Source of the DNA: an uncultured Gammaproteobacteria bacterium
GTDB lineage: Bacteria; Patescibacteriota; Microgenomatia; Levybacterales; GWA1-39-11
Direction of reading: 5' to 3'
Assembly (NCBI GenBank): GCA_964409875.1
Contig: CAYPEN010000001.1
Coordinates: forward strand, 198,637-262,636
Length of the DNA stretch: 64,000 bases
In this document: in pieces, positions 28,933-39,012 of the stretch
Layout: every line of letters starts with the position of its first letter
Numbering within the stretch: position 1 is the first letter of the stretch
Translations under genes and position numbers: made by a program
The notes under the pieces: generated by a model
What the model was told of the DNA's origin: nothing
Seen by the model: the letters and a program-made list of their open reading frames with translations, nothing else
Database searches by the model: none

Positions 28933-30191
28933 GAATTAATAAAACCGACAAATTTAGGATCAGTTGCAACAAATTTAAAATATCCCAGTTTTATGTCAGT
29001 GCGAAGAAGCGTTTTATAGGCAGAATTCAAAGCAATAGCTTCTCTGAGACTTATGATGGTGTTTGGAACATCTTTTGTCAAGGAATAATCTTGTGCGAGT
29101 TCGTAATACATCTTAGATTTTCTTGAGTTTTTTTGTGAAACACCGACGATAGTGTTATCTGTATCGGCTCGTATTATAGCCTCTTTTTGCAGTGATATTG
29201 CGGTCGTATATTGTTGTCTTGCACGCATTGATACTCCAAGGAGCATATAGTTAAGCGATATCCTAGGATTTTGTTTTATCGCTTTTGTAAGATTTTCAAT
29301 GCCTTTCTTATAGGTATCATTGCTATAAGTAAGCATAAATCCATATATACCCAATGCATGAGAGTAGGTAGGATCAAGTTTTACAGCAGCTTGTGAATAT
29401 TCCAAAGCCTGCTGCTTATGACCTTGTCCAATTTCGGCCATAGCTGCTGCAGTAAGTGCTTGTGACCGCAATTTAATGGTTGTTCTTTTGCTTTTTGCTG
29501 CGAGCACATAATTTTCTATTGCCAATGCGGGTTTTCCTTCCTCCTCAAATTGTGCTCCTCTTATCATTAAAATTATGGGAGACTCCGGGTCGAGCGCATA
29601 GGACTTATCATACGCTTCCTTTGATTCAGCTTTTTTATCTAAGAACGCAAGGGTATGTCCTTTATGAAAGTAGGCCTCAGCAGTAGGTTTGATAGCAAGT
29701 GCTTTCCCATAATAAGATAACGCCTTTTCGTATTCACCTGCAGTTTCATGTGCATATCCAACTGCAAGTAGAACGTCGGGATTATTTGAACCCACTTTTA
29801 ATGCCTTTTCGATAAGCGCCTTGTTTTGCTCAAATGTTTGTTTTTCTGTTCCGTTGGAATTTGCCAGGCTCGAAGATGAATCAAGTGCAATTCTTAAAAG
29901 GGTCGGGTCGTCAGGGTATTTTGCGAGTCCTTCTTTTGCAAGAGAATAGGACTTTTCATAATTACCTTCTTTGTACCGGTTATACGCATTGTATGCATAT
30001 GAAACGTTCTTATTGCCAGGAAGGAAGAGGTAATAGGATAAAAGAATGAGAATAAAAAGAAGAGTAACTCCCAGACCTGCAAATATAAGAATCTTCTTGC
30101 TCTTTTTTTGTGGTATAGGTGGCATTGAATCTTTTTCTACAGGTGTTACTGGTGAATTAGCAGTTACAACGGAGTTATGGTTCTCTTCCAT
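28929..30191 (-). CDS. membrane-anchored TPR protein
   Basis: TM helix followed by multiple TPR repeats. Confidence 0.85.
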   Translation of the reverse strand: MEENHNSVVTANSPVTPVEKDSMPPIPQKKSKKILIFAGLGVTLLFILILLSYYLFLPGNKNVSYAYNAYNRYKEGNYEKSYSLAKEGLAKYPDDPTLLRIALDSSSSLANSNGTEKQTFEQNKALIEKALKVGSNNPDVLLAVGYAHETAGEYEKALSYYGKALAIKPTAEAYFHKGHTLAFLDKKAESKEAYDKSYALDPESPIILMIRGAQFEEEGKPALAIENYVLAAKSKRTTIKLRSQALTAAAMAEIGQGHKQQALEYSQAAVKLDPTYSHALGIYGFMLTYSNDTYKKGIENLTKAIKQNPRISLNYMLLGVSMRARQQYTTAISLQKEAIIRADTDNTIVGVSQKNSRKSKMYYELAQDYSLTKDVPNTIISLREAIALNSAYKTLLRTDIKLGYFKFVATDPKFVGFINS

Positions 30192-30341
30192 GTATTTATC
30201 GTATGTTTGAATTGAGGCGTTGTCAAGCAACCTCTTGATTATCGTGCAATCATTCGGTTGCACAGCAACCTCTTGATTGTAAGAAGCTTGGTGTGTATTA
30301 TGTATGCATCCTGTAATAGTTCTATTAGAAAGGAGATTGCT

Positions 30342-30872
30342 ATGGTAAGAATAAGAACATCCGAATTCAAAAATTTTGTACTACACAACGGACTATTCAC
30401 TATTTCAGTGAGCCACAAGCGGCATAACACTCATCTCATAATGTCTTTACATACTAATGTTGTGAATACGAAATATCTTCCTATGACAAAAGCATTGTTA
30501 AGACACTATGTGCCGTCTGTTTTTTATTCGAAATGTTTCAATTATGATAATGCACCGTTTCTCATAGAGTCACAACAAACGGAAATTGGTCACCTCTTTG
30601 AACACATTTTGCTTGAATTCTTGTGTCATTTGAAAAGTCATAGGGGAATCAAAAATCCGGTGCATAACGGAGTAACGAGTTGGAACTGGGTGAAGGAGAA
30701 AAAAGGAACATTTAGGATTACCATTGATGTAGGGGACAGCGAGCGTGACATTTTCTTCTTGGCTTTACAGAAAAGTATAGAAATAACTAATAAAATTCTT
30801 TCTTCCCAAGCTGCCTTCCAGCCTCAAAATAACATCCCTATCGAGAGCCTGAATGACTCCCGAATAGGTTAA
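30342..30872 (+). CDS. stand-alone cyanophycin-synthetase N-terminal-like domain protein
   Basis: TEIGHLFEHILLE and GVTSW motifs; AGGAG before ATG 30342. Confidence 0.6.
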   Translation: MVRIRTSEFKNFVLHNGLFTISVSHKRHNTHLIMSLHTNVVNTKYLPMTKALLRHYVPSVFYSKCFNYDNAPFLIESQQTEIGHLFEHILLEFLCHLKSHRGIKNPVHNGVTSWNWVKEKKGTFRITIDVGDSERDIFFLALQKSIEITNKILSSQAAFQPQNNIPIESLNDSRIG

Positions 30873-30874
30873 AA

Positions 30875-31018
30875 TCACCTGTTTCTGCCGCGGTTGCCGG
30901 TTCTATTGCCTGATGATTGGCTACCCGCCATAGCATGTCCTTCAGAGTCCCCGTGCCATCCACGTCCCGGTCCTTTGCTGCTTTGGCCGCCTTTTCTCCC
31001 TCGCTGATTCTGTGGCAT
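30875..31018 (-). CDS. 47-aa Gly/Arg-rich stress-type protein (not in ORF track)
   Basis: MPQNQRGRKGGQSSKGPGRGWHGDSEGHAMAG...; GGAGGTGA SD. Confidence 0.75.
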   Translation of the reverse strand: MPQNQRGRKGGQSSKGPGRGWHGDSEGHAMAGSQSSGNRTGNRGRNR

Positions 31019-31084
31019 ATTGTTCACCTCCTTCTTTTATCCTCATATAAATTCGTACAGGGATTTTGTCCCTGCACCAGGTTT

Positions 31085-31240
31085 TTAGCTTTGAGACTGT
31101 TGTCCGCCAGTGTCATTGTCATCTTGTGACTCCGATGTCTGGCCGCTCGATTGTCCCCCTTTTGTACCAGTGTCATTAAGATCCTCATTTGTCAGACCTT
31201 CCACGTCATCGTCTGTTGTGTAGTCCATATCATTTGCCAT
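31085..31240 (-). CDS. 51-aa acidic hydrophilin (not in ORF track)
   Basis: MANDMDYTTDDDVEG...KGGQSS...; GGGGGTGA SD. Confidence 0.7.
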   Translation of the reverse strand: MANDMDYTTDDDVEGLTNEDLNDTGTKGGQSSGQTSESQDDNDTGGQQSQS

Positions 31241-31334
31241 ATTTTTTCACCCCCTTTTTATACCTGCTTTATAAATTCTGTATAAACGGGAGGAGACTTT
31301 GTATACTTTCTCCCATTTATACGGTTTGAGGAAA

Positions 31335-31487
31335 TTAGTGTTGTCCTCCTTTTTTGCCGGCTTCGCTTGCTTTCTCGCGGTCATTTTTGAAATTTCCACC
31401 GCTTGCTTGTCCGCCTTTACTTGCTATTTCGCGTTGTTTGTCCTCGTCCATTGAGGCAAACCCTCTTTTGCTTTTATTGTCTGCCAT
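31335..31487 (-). CDS. 50-aa KGG-repeat general stress protein, YciG/GsiB-like (not in ORF track)
   Basis: RGFASMDEDKQREIASKGG..GGNFKNDREKASEAGKKGG; GGAGGTGA SD. Confidence 0.92.
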   Translation of the reverse strand: MADNKSKRGFASMDEDKQREIASKGGQASGGNFKNDREKASEAGKKGGQH

Positions 31488-31628
31488 ATTTTCTCACCTC
31501 CATTCTTATCACAAACACCATTCAACCATTCGCTTGTAAGTATTCAATAAAAGTGGTGTAGGGTTTAGGGTATAGCAGAATAAAAATTTCTTGACAGCAA
31601 CATACAGATTCATCTACACTGTGAACAG

Positions 31629-33335
31629 ATGAAAGGGGTTCTCCTCAAGTCAGCTTTTTTTTCGCTATTTGCAGGCTTTCTTTTAATTTGTGCAATGTCC
31701 TCACTGGGTTCTGTGTCGGCTCAGAAGTTGAATAAGACTCTAAGACCCCGTGCGAATCGATTTTTCAAAAACGCATGCTCAGTTCCCATTAATGGATTTG
31801 CCCATTGTCATGCAAAGTTATTGACCGAAAACGATTCTATTTCTCCTTTTGCAGGAAACGCACCAGCCGCAACGAGTATGGGGCCACAACAGCTTCATGG
31901 TGCGTATCAACTTCCTTGCACCCCCGGAGGAGCGGTTTCCGGAGCATGCCCCGCGCCTCAAGCATTTGGACCGCAAACTATTGCCATCATCGACGCGTAC
32001 CATTATCCAACCGTTGAACAGGATTTGGTCGCATACAGCAACCAATTCGGTATTCCTCCCTGCACAAAGGCAAACGGTTGTCTTCAAGTCCTTAACCAAA
32101 ACGGCGGAACCAGTCTTCCTGTTACGGTTAATTCCGGATGGGCTTTGGAAGCGGCTCTTGACGTTCAGGCTGCGCATGCGATTTGTCAAACGTGCAAAAT
32201 TATACTTTTTGAGGCTAACTCAGCAACATACAATGACCTCACGGCAGCAGTCAACACCGCGGCTTCGATGAATGTCACTGCAATTTCAAACAGCTACGGT
32301 TCAAGCGAGTGGAGCGGGCAAACATTTTATGATGCTTTTTATAACCATCCGGGGATAGCAGTTACGGTTTCATCAGGTGACTCAGGATATGCCGCAGGCG
32401 CCCAGTATCCTGCCTCAAGCCCGAATGTCGTGGCTGTCGGTGGAACGACACTTCAGGTATTTTCCGATAACACATACGCCTCAGAATCGGTATGGAATGG
32501 GGCGGGGAGTGGCTGTAGTGGTTATGAGTCCGCATTGCCATTACAAACAGCATTATCTAATTGGGGAAGCACGGGATGCGCAAGGCGTGCTGTCGCAGAC
32601 GTTGCAGCCGTTGCCGACCCGAATACGGGAGCTGCTGTCTATACGACAACTCCCTACAGCGGGCAAACCGGGTGGTTTCAGGTCGGTGGGACAAGTCTTG
32701 CCTCACCCATTGTTGCCGGAGTTTTTGCGCTTACCGGTTTAATTTCTCCCGTTCAAGCAAATACCATTCCATATAGCAATTATTCACCTCTGTCGTTTCA
32801 TGATGTTACAACTGGCAACAACGGAAGTTGTGCGACGGCTCTTTGCAATGGAGGCGTGGGATTTGACGGACCGACTGGGCTAGGGAGCCCGAATGGACTT
32901 GCAGGTTTTGGCGATTTGGCTTTGTCACCCACCCCGACTGCGACCCCAACACCAACAATTACAGTAACTCCCACGCCGACCGCAACACCAACCGCTACAC
33001 CGACTCCTACTGTCACACCGACGGCGACACCGACACCAACGCAAGCGCCGGGTGATACAACACCGCCGAGCGTTACAATCACAAGCCCTTCGAATGGCAG
33101 TTCGGTTTTTAGGAATTTCACCTATACGGTTCGCGCGAATGCAAGCGACAATGTGGGCGTCGCAAAAGTTGAATTTTATATCAATAATGTGCTTCGCTCA
33201 ACCGACACTACCAGCCCGTACACGTCCTCATGGAGAGTTCCGAACGTCAGAAATGCAACGTACACCATAACTGCCAAGGCCTACGACGCATCAGGAAATA
33301 AGTCTTCTGCTTCAGTTACCGTCAAGTCACTATAG
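31629..33335 (+). CDS. secreted S53 (sedolisin-like) peptidase with PT linker and C-terminal Ig (Big_7-like) domain
   Basis: EAALD, SSGDSG and GGTSLASP motifs. Confidence 0.88.
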   Translation: MKGVLLKSAFFSLFAGFLLICAMSSLGSVSAQKLNKTLRPRANRFFKNACSVPINGFAHCHAKLLTENDSISPFAGNAPAATSMGPQQLHGAYQLPCTPGGAVSGACPAPQAFGPQTIAIIDAYHYPTVEQDLVAYSNQFGIPPCTKANGCLQVLNQNGGTSLPVTVNSGWALEAALDVQAAHAICQTCKIILFEANSATYNDLTAAVNTAASMNVTAISNSYGSSEWSGQTFYDAFYNHPGIAVTVSSGDSGYAAGAQYPASSPNVVAVGGTTLQVFSDNTYASESVWNGAGSGCSGYESALPLQTALSNWGSTGCARRAVADVAAVADPNTGAAVYTTTPYSGQTGWFQVGGTSLASPIVAGVFALTGLISPVQANTIPYSNYSPLSFHDVTTGNNGSCATALCNGGVGFDGPTGLGSPNGLAGFGDLALSPTPTATPTPTITVTPTPTATPTATPTPTVTPTATPTPTQAPGDTTPPSVTITSPSNGSSVFRNFTYTVRANASDNVGVAKVEFYINNVLRSTDTTSPYTSSWRVPNVRNATYTITAKAYDASGNKSSASVTVKSL

Positions 33336-34010
33336 CTATCTATCAAGAGGGTTTTGGAATTTTTTTGCTATTCCTTCCAGTGCATCGACACCTATTCCCC
33401 CCACCGTTCCGTCTTCAATAAGGGGGTCCATATTCCCCATGGTATAAAACGTTAAATGGGTACGAAGAAGGGAAGGGCGAGCGAGAGGGTCGACTCTTCT
33501 ATTTATTCTTCTTGTTCCCACATTTACTATCTCTTCTCCCATCTCTTCTATCCGGCCGTAAAGTTCTTCAGTTGTGAATGGAAACTCAAGCATTCCTCTT
33601 CTTGAAAATCCCCGAGGAAGGAGGGGATGTGTCACAAAATCGGTTAATGCTCCAAATGCAATATATACCCTGGAGAATGTTTCCGTTTCCTCATCCCCCG
33701 GGGAATCTTCCGAATAAGGTTTGTTATAACGTAGTAATTCATCGAGAGTATCGGGTGTTATTCTTCCCAAATTTCTCAACAAATCCATGTTGTTTAAAAA
33801 TCCTTTCCTGGCCATATAGACTAAAGAAAGTGCTTGATTGAGGAGCCAGCTCCTGTCGGCATCGGTAATTTGACCACCATAAAATTTATCGAGTATGGCG
33901 TCTGCCTTTCGTGCAACTTTAACGGGAGTATTATCCGGGTCCAGGTATTCTATTGACGGCTGAAATGGCCTGTCTTCATGAGGTGAAAATTCAAGCTCTA
34001 AATGTGGCAT
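33336..34010 (-). CDS. hypothetical protein
   Basis: ~225-aa ORF with TACAAT just upstream. Confidence 0.6.
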   Translation of the reverse strand: MPHLELEFSPHEDRPFQPSIEYLDPDNTPVKVARKADAILDKFYGGQITDADRSWLLNQALSLVYMARKGFLNNMDLLRNLGRITPDTLDELLRYNKPYSEDSPGDEETETFSRVYIAFGALTDFVTHPLLPRGFSRRGMLEFPFTTEELYGRIEEMGEEIVNVGTRRINRRVDPLARPSLLRTHLTFYTMGNMDPLIEDGTVGGIGVDALEGIAKKFQNPLDR

Positions 34011-34061
34011 ATGAAAGAGATTGTAGTAAACTCTCACCAAATTTCAAGAGACGAATTTACA

Positions 34062-35821
34062 TTAGAGTGTTCTCACATCAACTGACTTTTTTGCTTTTAT
34101 CAATTCAAAAAGCGCATTGGTTGCCGTACCGGGCAAATATTTTTTGGCTTTTTGAGCGGATAAAAGTGCGTCTTCCTGCTTGCCCTGGTCGTATTGGCTT
34201 TGGGCGAGAAATGAGTAAAGCACGCCATTTGCCGGATATCTGCCCGTTGCCTCTTTTAAAATTTTTTCAGCCTTTTCCGGGTTTTTATTGAACAAGTAGG
34301 TTCCGGCCAGCCGAAGATATGCACGGGAAATTGCGGCATCGGTACGCCGTGGATTGTCATAGAGGGCGATGGCTTTTTCGTAACTCTTACGGGCATTCAC
34401 AATATCGTTTAATTGCTCGTATATAAAACCTAAATTTGTGAGATTTTTGTCGTACTCGTAGAGCTCAACGGAACGTTTGGCATGAACAAGTGATTCGGGA
34501 AAACGCCTTTGATATAGAAGGAAAGAAGCGAGGTTGTTCTCAAGCTCGTAGTTACTATGCACTTTTATGTCATGAAGAAGAAGGGTCGTGTCATCGTGCC
34601 AATCTGAGTTTCTAATAATGCTTCTAAGAGACAATAGAACAAGAAGTGTGACAACAACGGTTATGAATATTGTTTGTTTCAAAACATTTTTTGGCAGAAG
34701 CGTAACTGCTATTCCCAAAAGCCCCAGGAGGCCAACATAAGGAAAGTAAAACCACCGGTCAGCAACGGTCATATCCAGTGGCAATAGCTGTAAATGGATG
34801 AAGATGCCCGACAAAAACCACAAGAGAAAAAAGAAGTAGAGCATTACACTTTTTTTCCTTTTGAAAAGAACATAACCAAGATACCCAATTGCCAGGAGAA
34901 AAAGCATATCGATGAAAAGAGGAAAGTAGAAAGATTGAAGATTCAAGCTTTTCACTACCCAGACTTGGTCGATTGCCAGATCTCTTGGGAAAACCAATGT
35001 TTTAAGATAGTAAAAAAAGACCGCCGGGATGTTTAACAAGCGTTCTATAAATGGCAGATGGATGATGGGGGTAACGGCCCTGACATTTTTTTCAGTCAAC
35101 CCCACGCCCCCGACAAAAAAACGTATGAAAATATAAACGAGGGTTGTTACTCCTGCCGTTGAGAATATTTTCCAAAAAAATCTCCTCTCAAAAAGATACA
35201 CAAACCCCACCGCTCCAACAACAAACCCGGCCCCTGTTTCTTTTGTCAGAAGGCAAAGTAAAAGTAGAAGAAAAATCAAAGCGTAGGAATACGCCTTTTC
35301 CAATAATTTTTTGGACGAAACAATAAGAAGCGTTGTTATTCCAAAAATAAAAAAGAGAGGGCTGACCGTCGCACCGATAAATGAAACCGATTCAACTTGG
35401 ATTGGGTGGATGAGAAAAAGAAGTGAAAGGACAAATGAAATCCCTTTTTTAAAAAACTTTTTCAAGAAAATAAATAAAAGAACGGTGTTAGTTATGTGAA
35501 GAGAAAGTTGGACAAGGTGGTAAAAAAAAGCGTTATCGGTAAAAACAGAGTGAAGCAGCGCAAAGTAAATAGCAGAAAAAGCCCGGTACTGGGTGCCGTG
35601 ATTGAAAAAGCTTGGGCGGAATAATGAAAGAATATCAAGAGTATGTATCTCAGGGTTGTAGAGGATATATGACAAATCGTCCCATGCAAAAGAATTTATG
35701 AGCATATTGGCAAATACCAAAAAGCCTATTATGGCAAGAAAAACTACCGCTTTTTTTGTCGTGAATGGGATGAAATACCGCTTAAAAAAATAATCTTCCT
35801 CATCTTTCATAACTATCATAA
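34062..35821 (-). CDS. TMTC-like GT-C glycosyltransferase with C-terminal TPRs
   Basis: FAWDD, YR, HPIQVESV, TKE, ADRWFY motifs; many TMs; start approximate. Confidence 0.85.
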
Positions 35822-35878
35822 TACCACGACAAAAGAGGAAGAATTGACATTTGTTTTTTGTAGGTTTACGGTAATGGT

Positions 35879-36352
35879 ATGACGTATTTGTCGCAGAGCT
35901 CCGAGTCGATGGCGTTTCTTCGAAGTAAAAAGCTTGCGGTTGTCTCAACTGTTTCAAAGACAGGGCTAGCCATGGGGGCAACGGTGTATTATGTTATGGA
36001 TGACAAATTCAATATCTATTTTACGACGAAAGCATTTACGAGAAAACACGAGAACATTCAGCACAACCCCAATGTAGCTGTAGTAGTGGGAACCGAAAAC
36101 GAGCCGGTAACTGCCCAAATCCAAGGAGTTGCAACGCGTATAACAGACGTAGCGCAAGCGCAATGGGTGATGGGGGAGATGAAGAGAATTTTTGAGAACA
36201 ATAGTTATGTTGCGCCGCTTTTTCAGATGTCTCCCGACATAAATAATGAGGTAGTTTTTTACAAAATCACCCCGAATTGGATACGCTTCCTGGACCTCCG
36301 GGGAGAAAAGGTGGATGGTGATTTCGTTCAGGTGCTTCCCGCTCAAGGATAG
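35879..36352 (+). CDS. pyridoxamine 5'-phosphate oxidase-like FMN-binding protein
   Basis: AVVSTV, IYFTT..TRKHENIQHNPNVAV, QIQG.A. Confidence 0.85.
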   Translation: MTYLSQSSESMAFLRSKKLAVVSTVSKTGLAMGATVYYVMDDKFNIYFTTKAFTRKHENIQHNPNVAVVVGTENEPVTAQIQGVATRITDVAQAQWVMGEMKRIFENNSYVAPLFQMSPDINNEVVFYKITPNWIRFLDLRGEKVDGDFVQVLPAQG

Positions 36353-36402
36353 GTATAAGAAAAACTTCTTTTTAATATTTTTTTGTGTTGTTATACTGAG
36401 GT

Positions 36403-37539
36403 ATGGATGAATTCTCCCCTGAAATACAGTCCGGCAGAAGAATTGTAAAAAGGCCGAATGCCCGTAATGTTGTTGGTGCAAAACGGCCGTCTGCTGTGTC
36501 ACAATTTGCCGGTAAAGCAGTACCTGCTGCACTCGTAGCACTTGGAGCCGTTGCAGGAGGGAGGGCGGTTGTTAACGAAATAGGGGCTGCGGTCAGCAGT
36601 GTTGGCGAAGAAGGCGTGCATGCTGCCTTATTGCCACAAGAGGCACATGCAATGGATGAACAGTCTCAATTAACCGCAGAAAAAAATAATGAAACTCACC
36701 CCCTTTTTGATACGATGTTCCATGACCTTGACCCCAACCAGAGAGCCCATGCTCAAGGAGAAGTCGAGAAATACAAGAATAGGGTTTTGACAAAACAGGG
36801 ATATGAGCATGAGCATCTGGCAATCCCCATCCAGTACGAAGAAGTCATCTCCCACACAGCTGATGCATACGGCATTTCAAAAGACACATTAATGGGTTTA
36901 ATTGGAACTGAGAATGGGGGAGGGACAGATATAACCAATGGAAGATCCGGGGCAAGGGGGGTTGCACAATTTATGGTCGATACTGCCGGGCAGTATGGAT
37001 TGAGCGTAAGTGATCAAGCCGATCAGCGTACGGATCCTGTTCTAAGTATTGATGCGGCAGGAAGGTATCTGCGCGACCACAAAGCTCTTCTTGGAGGAGA
37101 TGAGGGTTTGGCAGTGTGGTCATACCATGCCGGCATTGGTAATGTTTACAAGGCTCTGAGGATTTATTTTATGGATACAAATGGTAAGGATATATTTTTA
37201 GCTCCAAATGGGAAGGACATAATAAATTATGGCCAGGCAGTGACAAATAATGCAGTTATGAGGGAAAAAATAGAAAATGACGTAAATCAGCTTATAAAAC
37301 AAGATAAATTGGATGTTGAAAAACTATTTTCAAATGAAAAAGTTCAAGAATTTCTTGCAACACTTCAGGATTATTCCGAATCATATCCGTATACGGTTGT
37401 GGCAATTGCAAAAATTATAAAAGATTATCAAGCTCAAAATGGCCTTCAGGGTGGAGGGCTTGAGGGGCACACAGCTGATTTAGGTAACGGGCTGAAAATA
37501 AAAGTTGCACCAATTCCAGGAATTGCCATGAGAGAGTAA
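36403..37539 (+). CDS. membrane-anchored SLT-family lytic transglycosylase
   Basis: TENGG, SGARGVAQFM.DTA, AAGRYL, SYHAGIGNV. Confidence 0.85.
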   Translation: MDEFSPEIQSGRRIVKRPNARNVVGAKRPSAVSQFAGKAVPAALVALGAVAGGRAVVNEIGAAVSSVGEEGVHAALLPQEAHAMDEQSQLTAEKNNETHPLFDTMFHDLDPNQRAHAQGEVEKYKNRVLTKQGYEHEHLAIPIQYEEVISHTADAYGISKDTLMGLIGTENGGGTDITNGRSGARGVAQFMVDTAGQYGLSVSDQADQRTDPVLSIDAAGRYLRDHKALLGGDEGLAVWSYHAGIGNVYKALRIYFMDTNGKDIFLAPNGKDIINYGQAVTNNAVMREKIENDVNQLIKQDKLDVEKLFSNEKVQEFLATLQDYSESYPYTVVAIAKIIKDYQAQNGLQGGGLEGHTADLGNGLKIKVAPIPGIAMRE

Positions 37540-37572
37540 CTTTGCTGGCAATACATTGTGTTCAACGCATGA

Positions 37573-38010
37573 TTAGCCTTGGGGAGTAGAGGGGATTTTG
37601 CTTTGGTCCATGAAGAAAAGCTCCCATACATGTCCATCAAGATCAATAAACGCTTTTCCGTACATGAAATCCACTTCAGGTCCGTTTTCTTCGTGGTCTG
37701 TTCCTCCGGCAGATAATGCTTTTTGATGAATCTCATCAACTTTTTCTTTCGACTCACAGGACAGAGCAAATATTGCTTCCTTTTGACGACGAGCATCCGT
37801 TATTTCAAGCTCTGGAATAAAACTTTTAAAGAATGGCTCTGTCAAAAGCATAACAAAGATCCCATTTTTCTCATCAAGCATAAGAGCCGCACCTTTATCA
37901 TCGGTAAATTGGGGATTGAATTTATACCCTAATTTTTCCCAAAAAAATTTTGAAGCAGGCAAATCCTTAACGGGTAAATTTATAAAAATCTGATGTGCCA
38001 TGGATTCCAT
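37573..38010 (-). CDS. VOC/glyoxalase family protein
   Basis: IFINLPVKDL..S..F, FNPQFTD, FMYG..F.DLDGHVWE. Confidence 0.92.
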   Translation of the reverse strand: MESMAHQIFINLPVKDLPASKFFWEKLGYKFNPQFTDDKGAALMLDEKNGIFVMLLTEPFFKSFIPELEITDARRQKEAIFALSCESKEKVDEIHQKALSAGGTDHEENGPEVDFMYGKAFIDLDGHVWELFFMDQSKIPSTPQG

Positions 38011-38274
38011 TATAGCACCAATGAATCATTTTTCTTGATATAATTACCCTCATTAATCTAACTGTAGGGATAGTTAATTTGCCAGGATATTTTCGAGGCT
38101 CTTCAAAAATGGCTGACAAATATCTTGAAGAAACGATTCTTCTCGGGAACGAGGTGGATTCATTGGATCTTAAACCCTATATAAAAAATGATAAAAAAAT
38201 TAGAAAATTTTAAAAATAAATCTGACCAAATGAAAAAAGCGGAAGAAGCTATATAAGTGGATTATTGAAGAATT

Positions 38275-38904
38275 TTATTTCGGAAGGTATTCCATTTGTG
38301 CACCTGCATTGTAACCATGGACTTTTTTACCTGTTTTATTCGCAAGAGTTTGAAAGAATCCATCACGTCCAAAATTTGGATTATAATTCTGTGATTGATT
38401 TACAACATCAAGTAGCTCATCTTCGGGTAAATGTAGAGCAGCTATTAATTCCGACAAACTTACCGATGCAGTTGCATAATCCCTAGTCCCACCATTTTTT
38501 TTAAGATCATTTTCGTGAAATACAAATTGTAAAAATGAATCGGGCGACCAAGCTCCTTTGGATTCGATGCTCATATGTTCGGCGTCTAAAAGATTTTCTC
38601 TTGCTTTTTTCTCTCGTTCTTTATAATGTTCCATTCTTCTATTTGTTTCTTCTTCAACCCATAGTCGTGATTTCTCCTCATCTTCAGGTGTTGGATTTTC
38701 TCTATTTTTTAGATAAGTCATTAGTTCTTCTTTAATGAGGTTTTCTCTTTCTTGTTCAGGAAATATAAGAGCCCAATTAGCCAATTTACCAGCATTTCTA
38801 TTCTTAAAATCATCTAAGCTTTTATACGGTACATAATCTTCCTGCTTTGCATACTCTACAGGTAGTATGAAGTTATTTTTGCTACTTATTTCCTCATCTG
38901 ACAT
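38275..38904 (-). CDS. hypothetical protein
   Basis: 209-aa AT-rich ORF. Confidence 0.6.
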   Translation of the reverse strand: MSDEEISSKNNFILPVEYAKQEDYVPYKSLDDFKNRNAGKLANWALIFPEQERENLIKEELMTYLKNRENPTPEDEEKSRLWVEEETNRRMEHYKEREKKARENLLDAEHMSIESKGAWSPDSFLQFVFHENDLKKNGGTRDYATASVSLSELIAALHLPEDELLDVVNQSQNYNPNFGRDGFFQTLANKTGKKVHGYNAGAQMEYLPK

Positions 38905-39012
38905 AAACAGAATATAACAAACGTAAAAATTTAAATCAATATAATTTAAAGTTCGAGATTTTTTTATTTCATGAGGCAGCTTGATTCTTTGCCTTATGTT
39001 AAAATATCCAAT

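Noticed and set aside
32925-33045. ACNCCN tandem repeats, also at ~28305-28380
   Set aside because: These simply encode Pro/Thr linkers.
38109-38256. Short AT-rich ORF remnant (MADKYLEETILLG...)
   Set aside because: Too short and motif-free to call; possibly a decayed gene.
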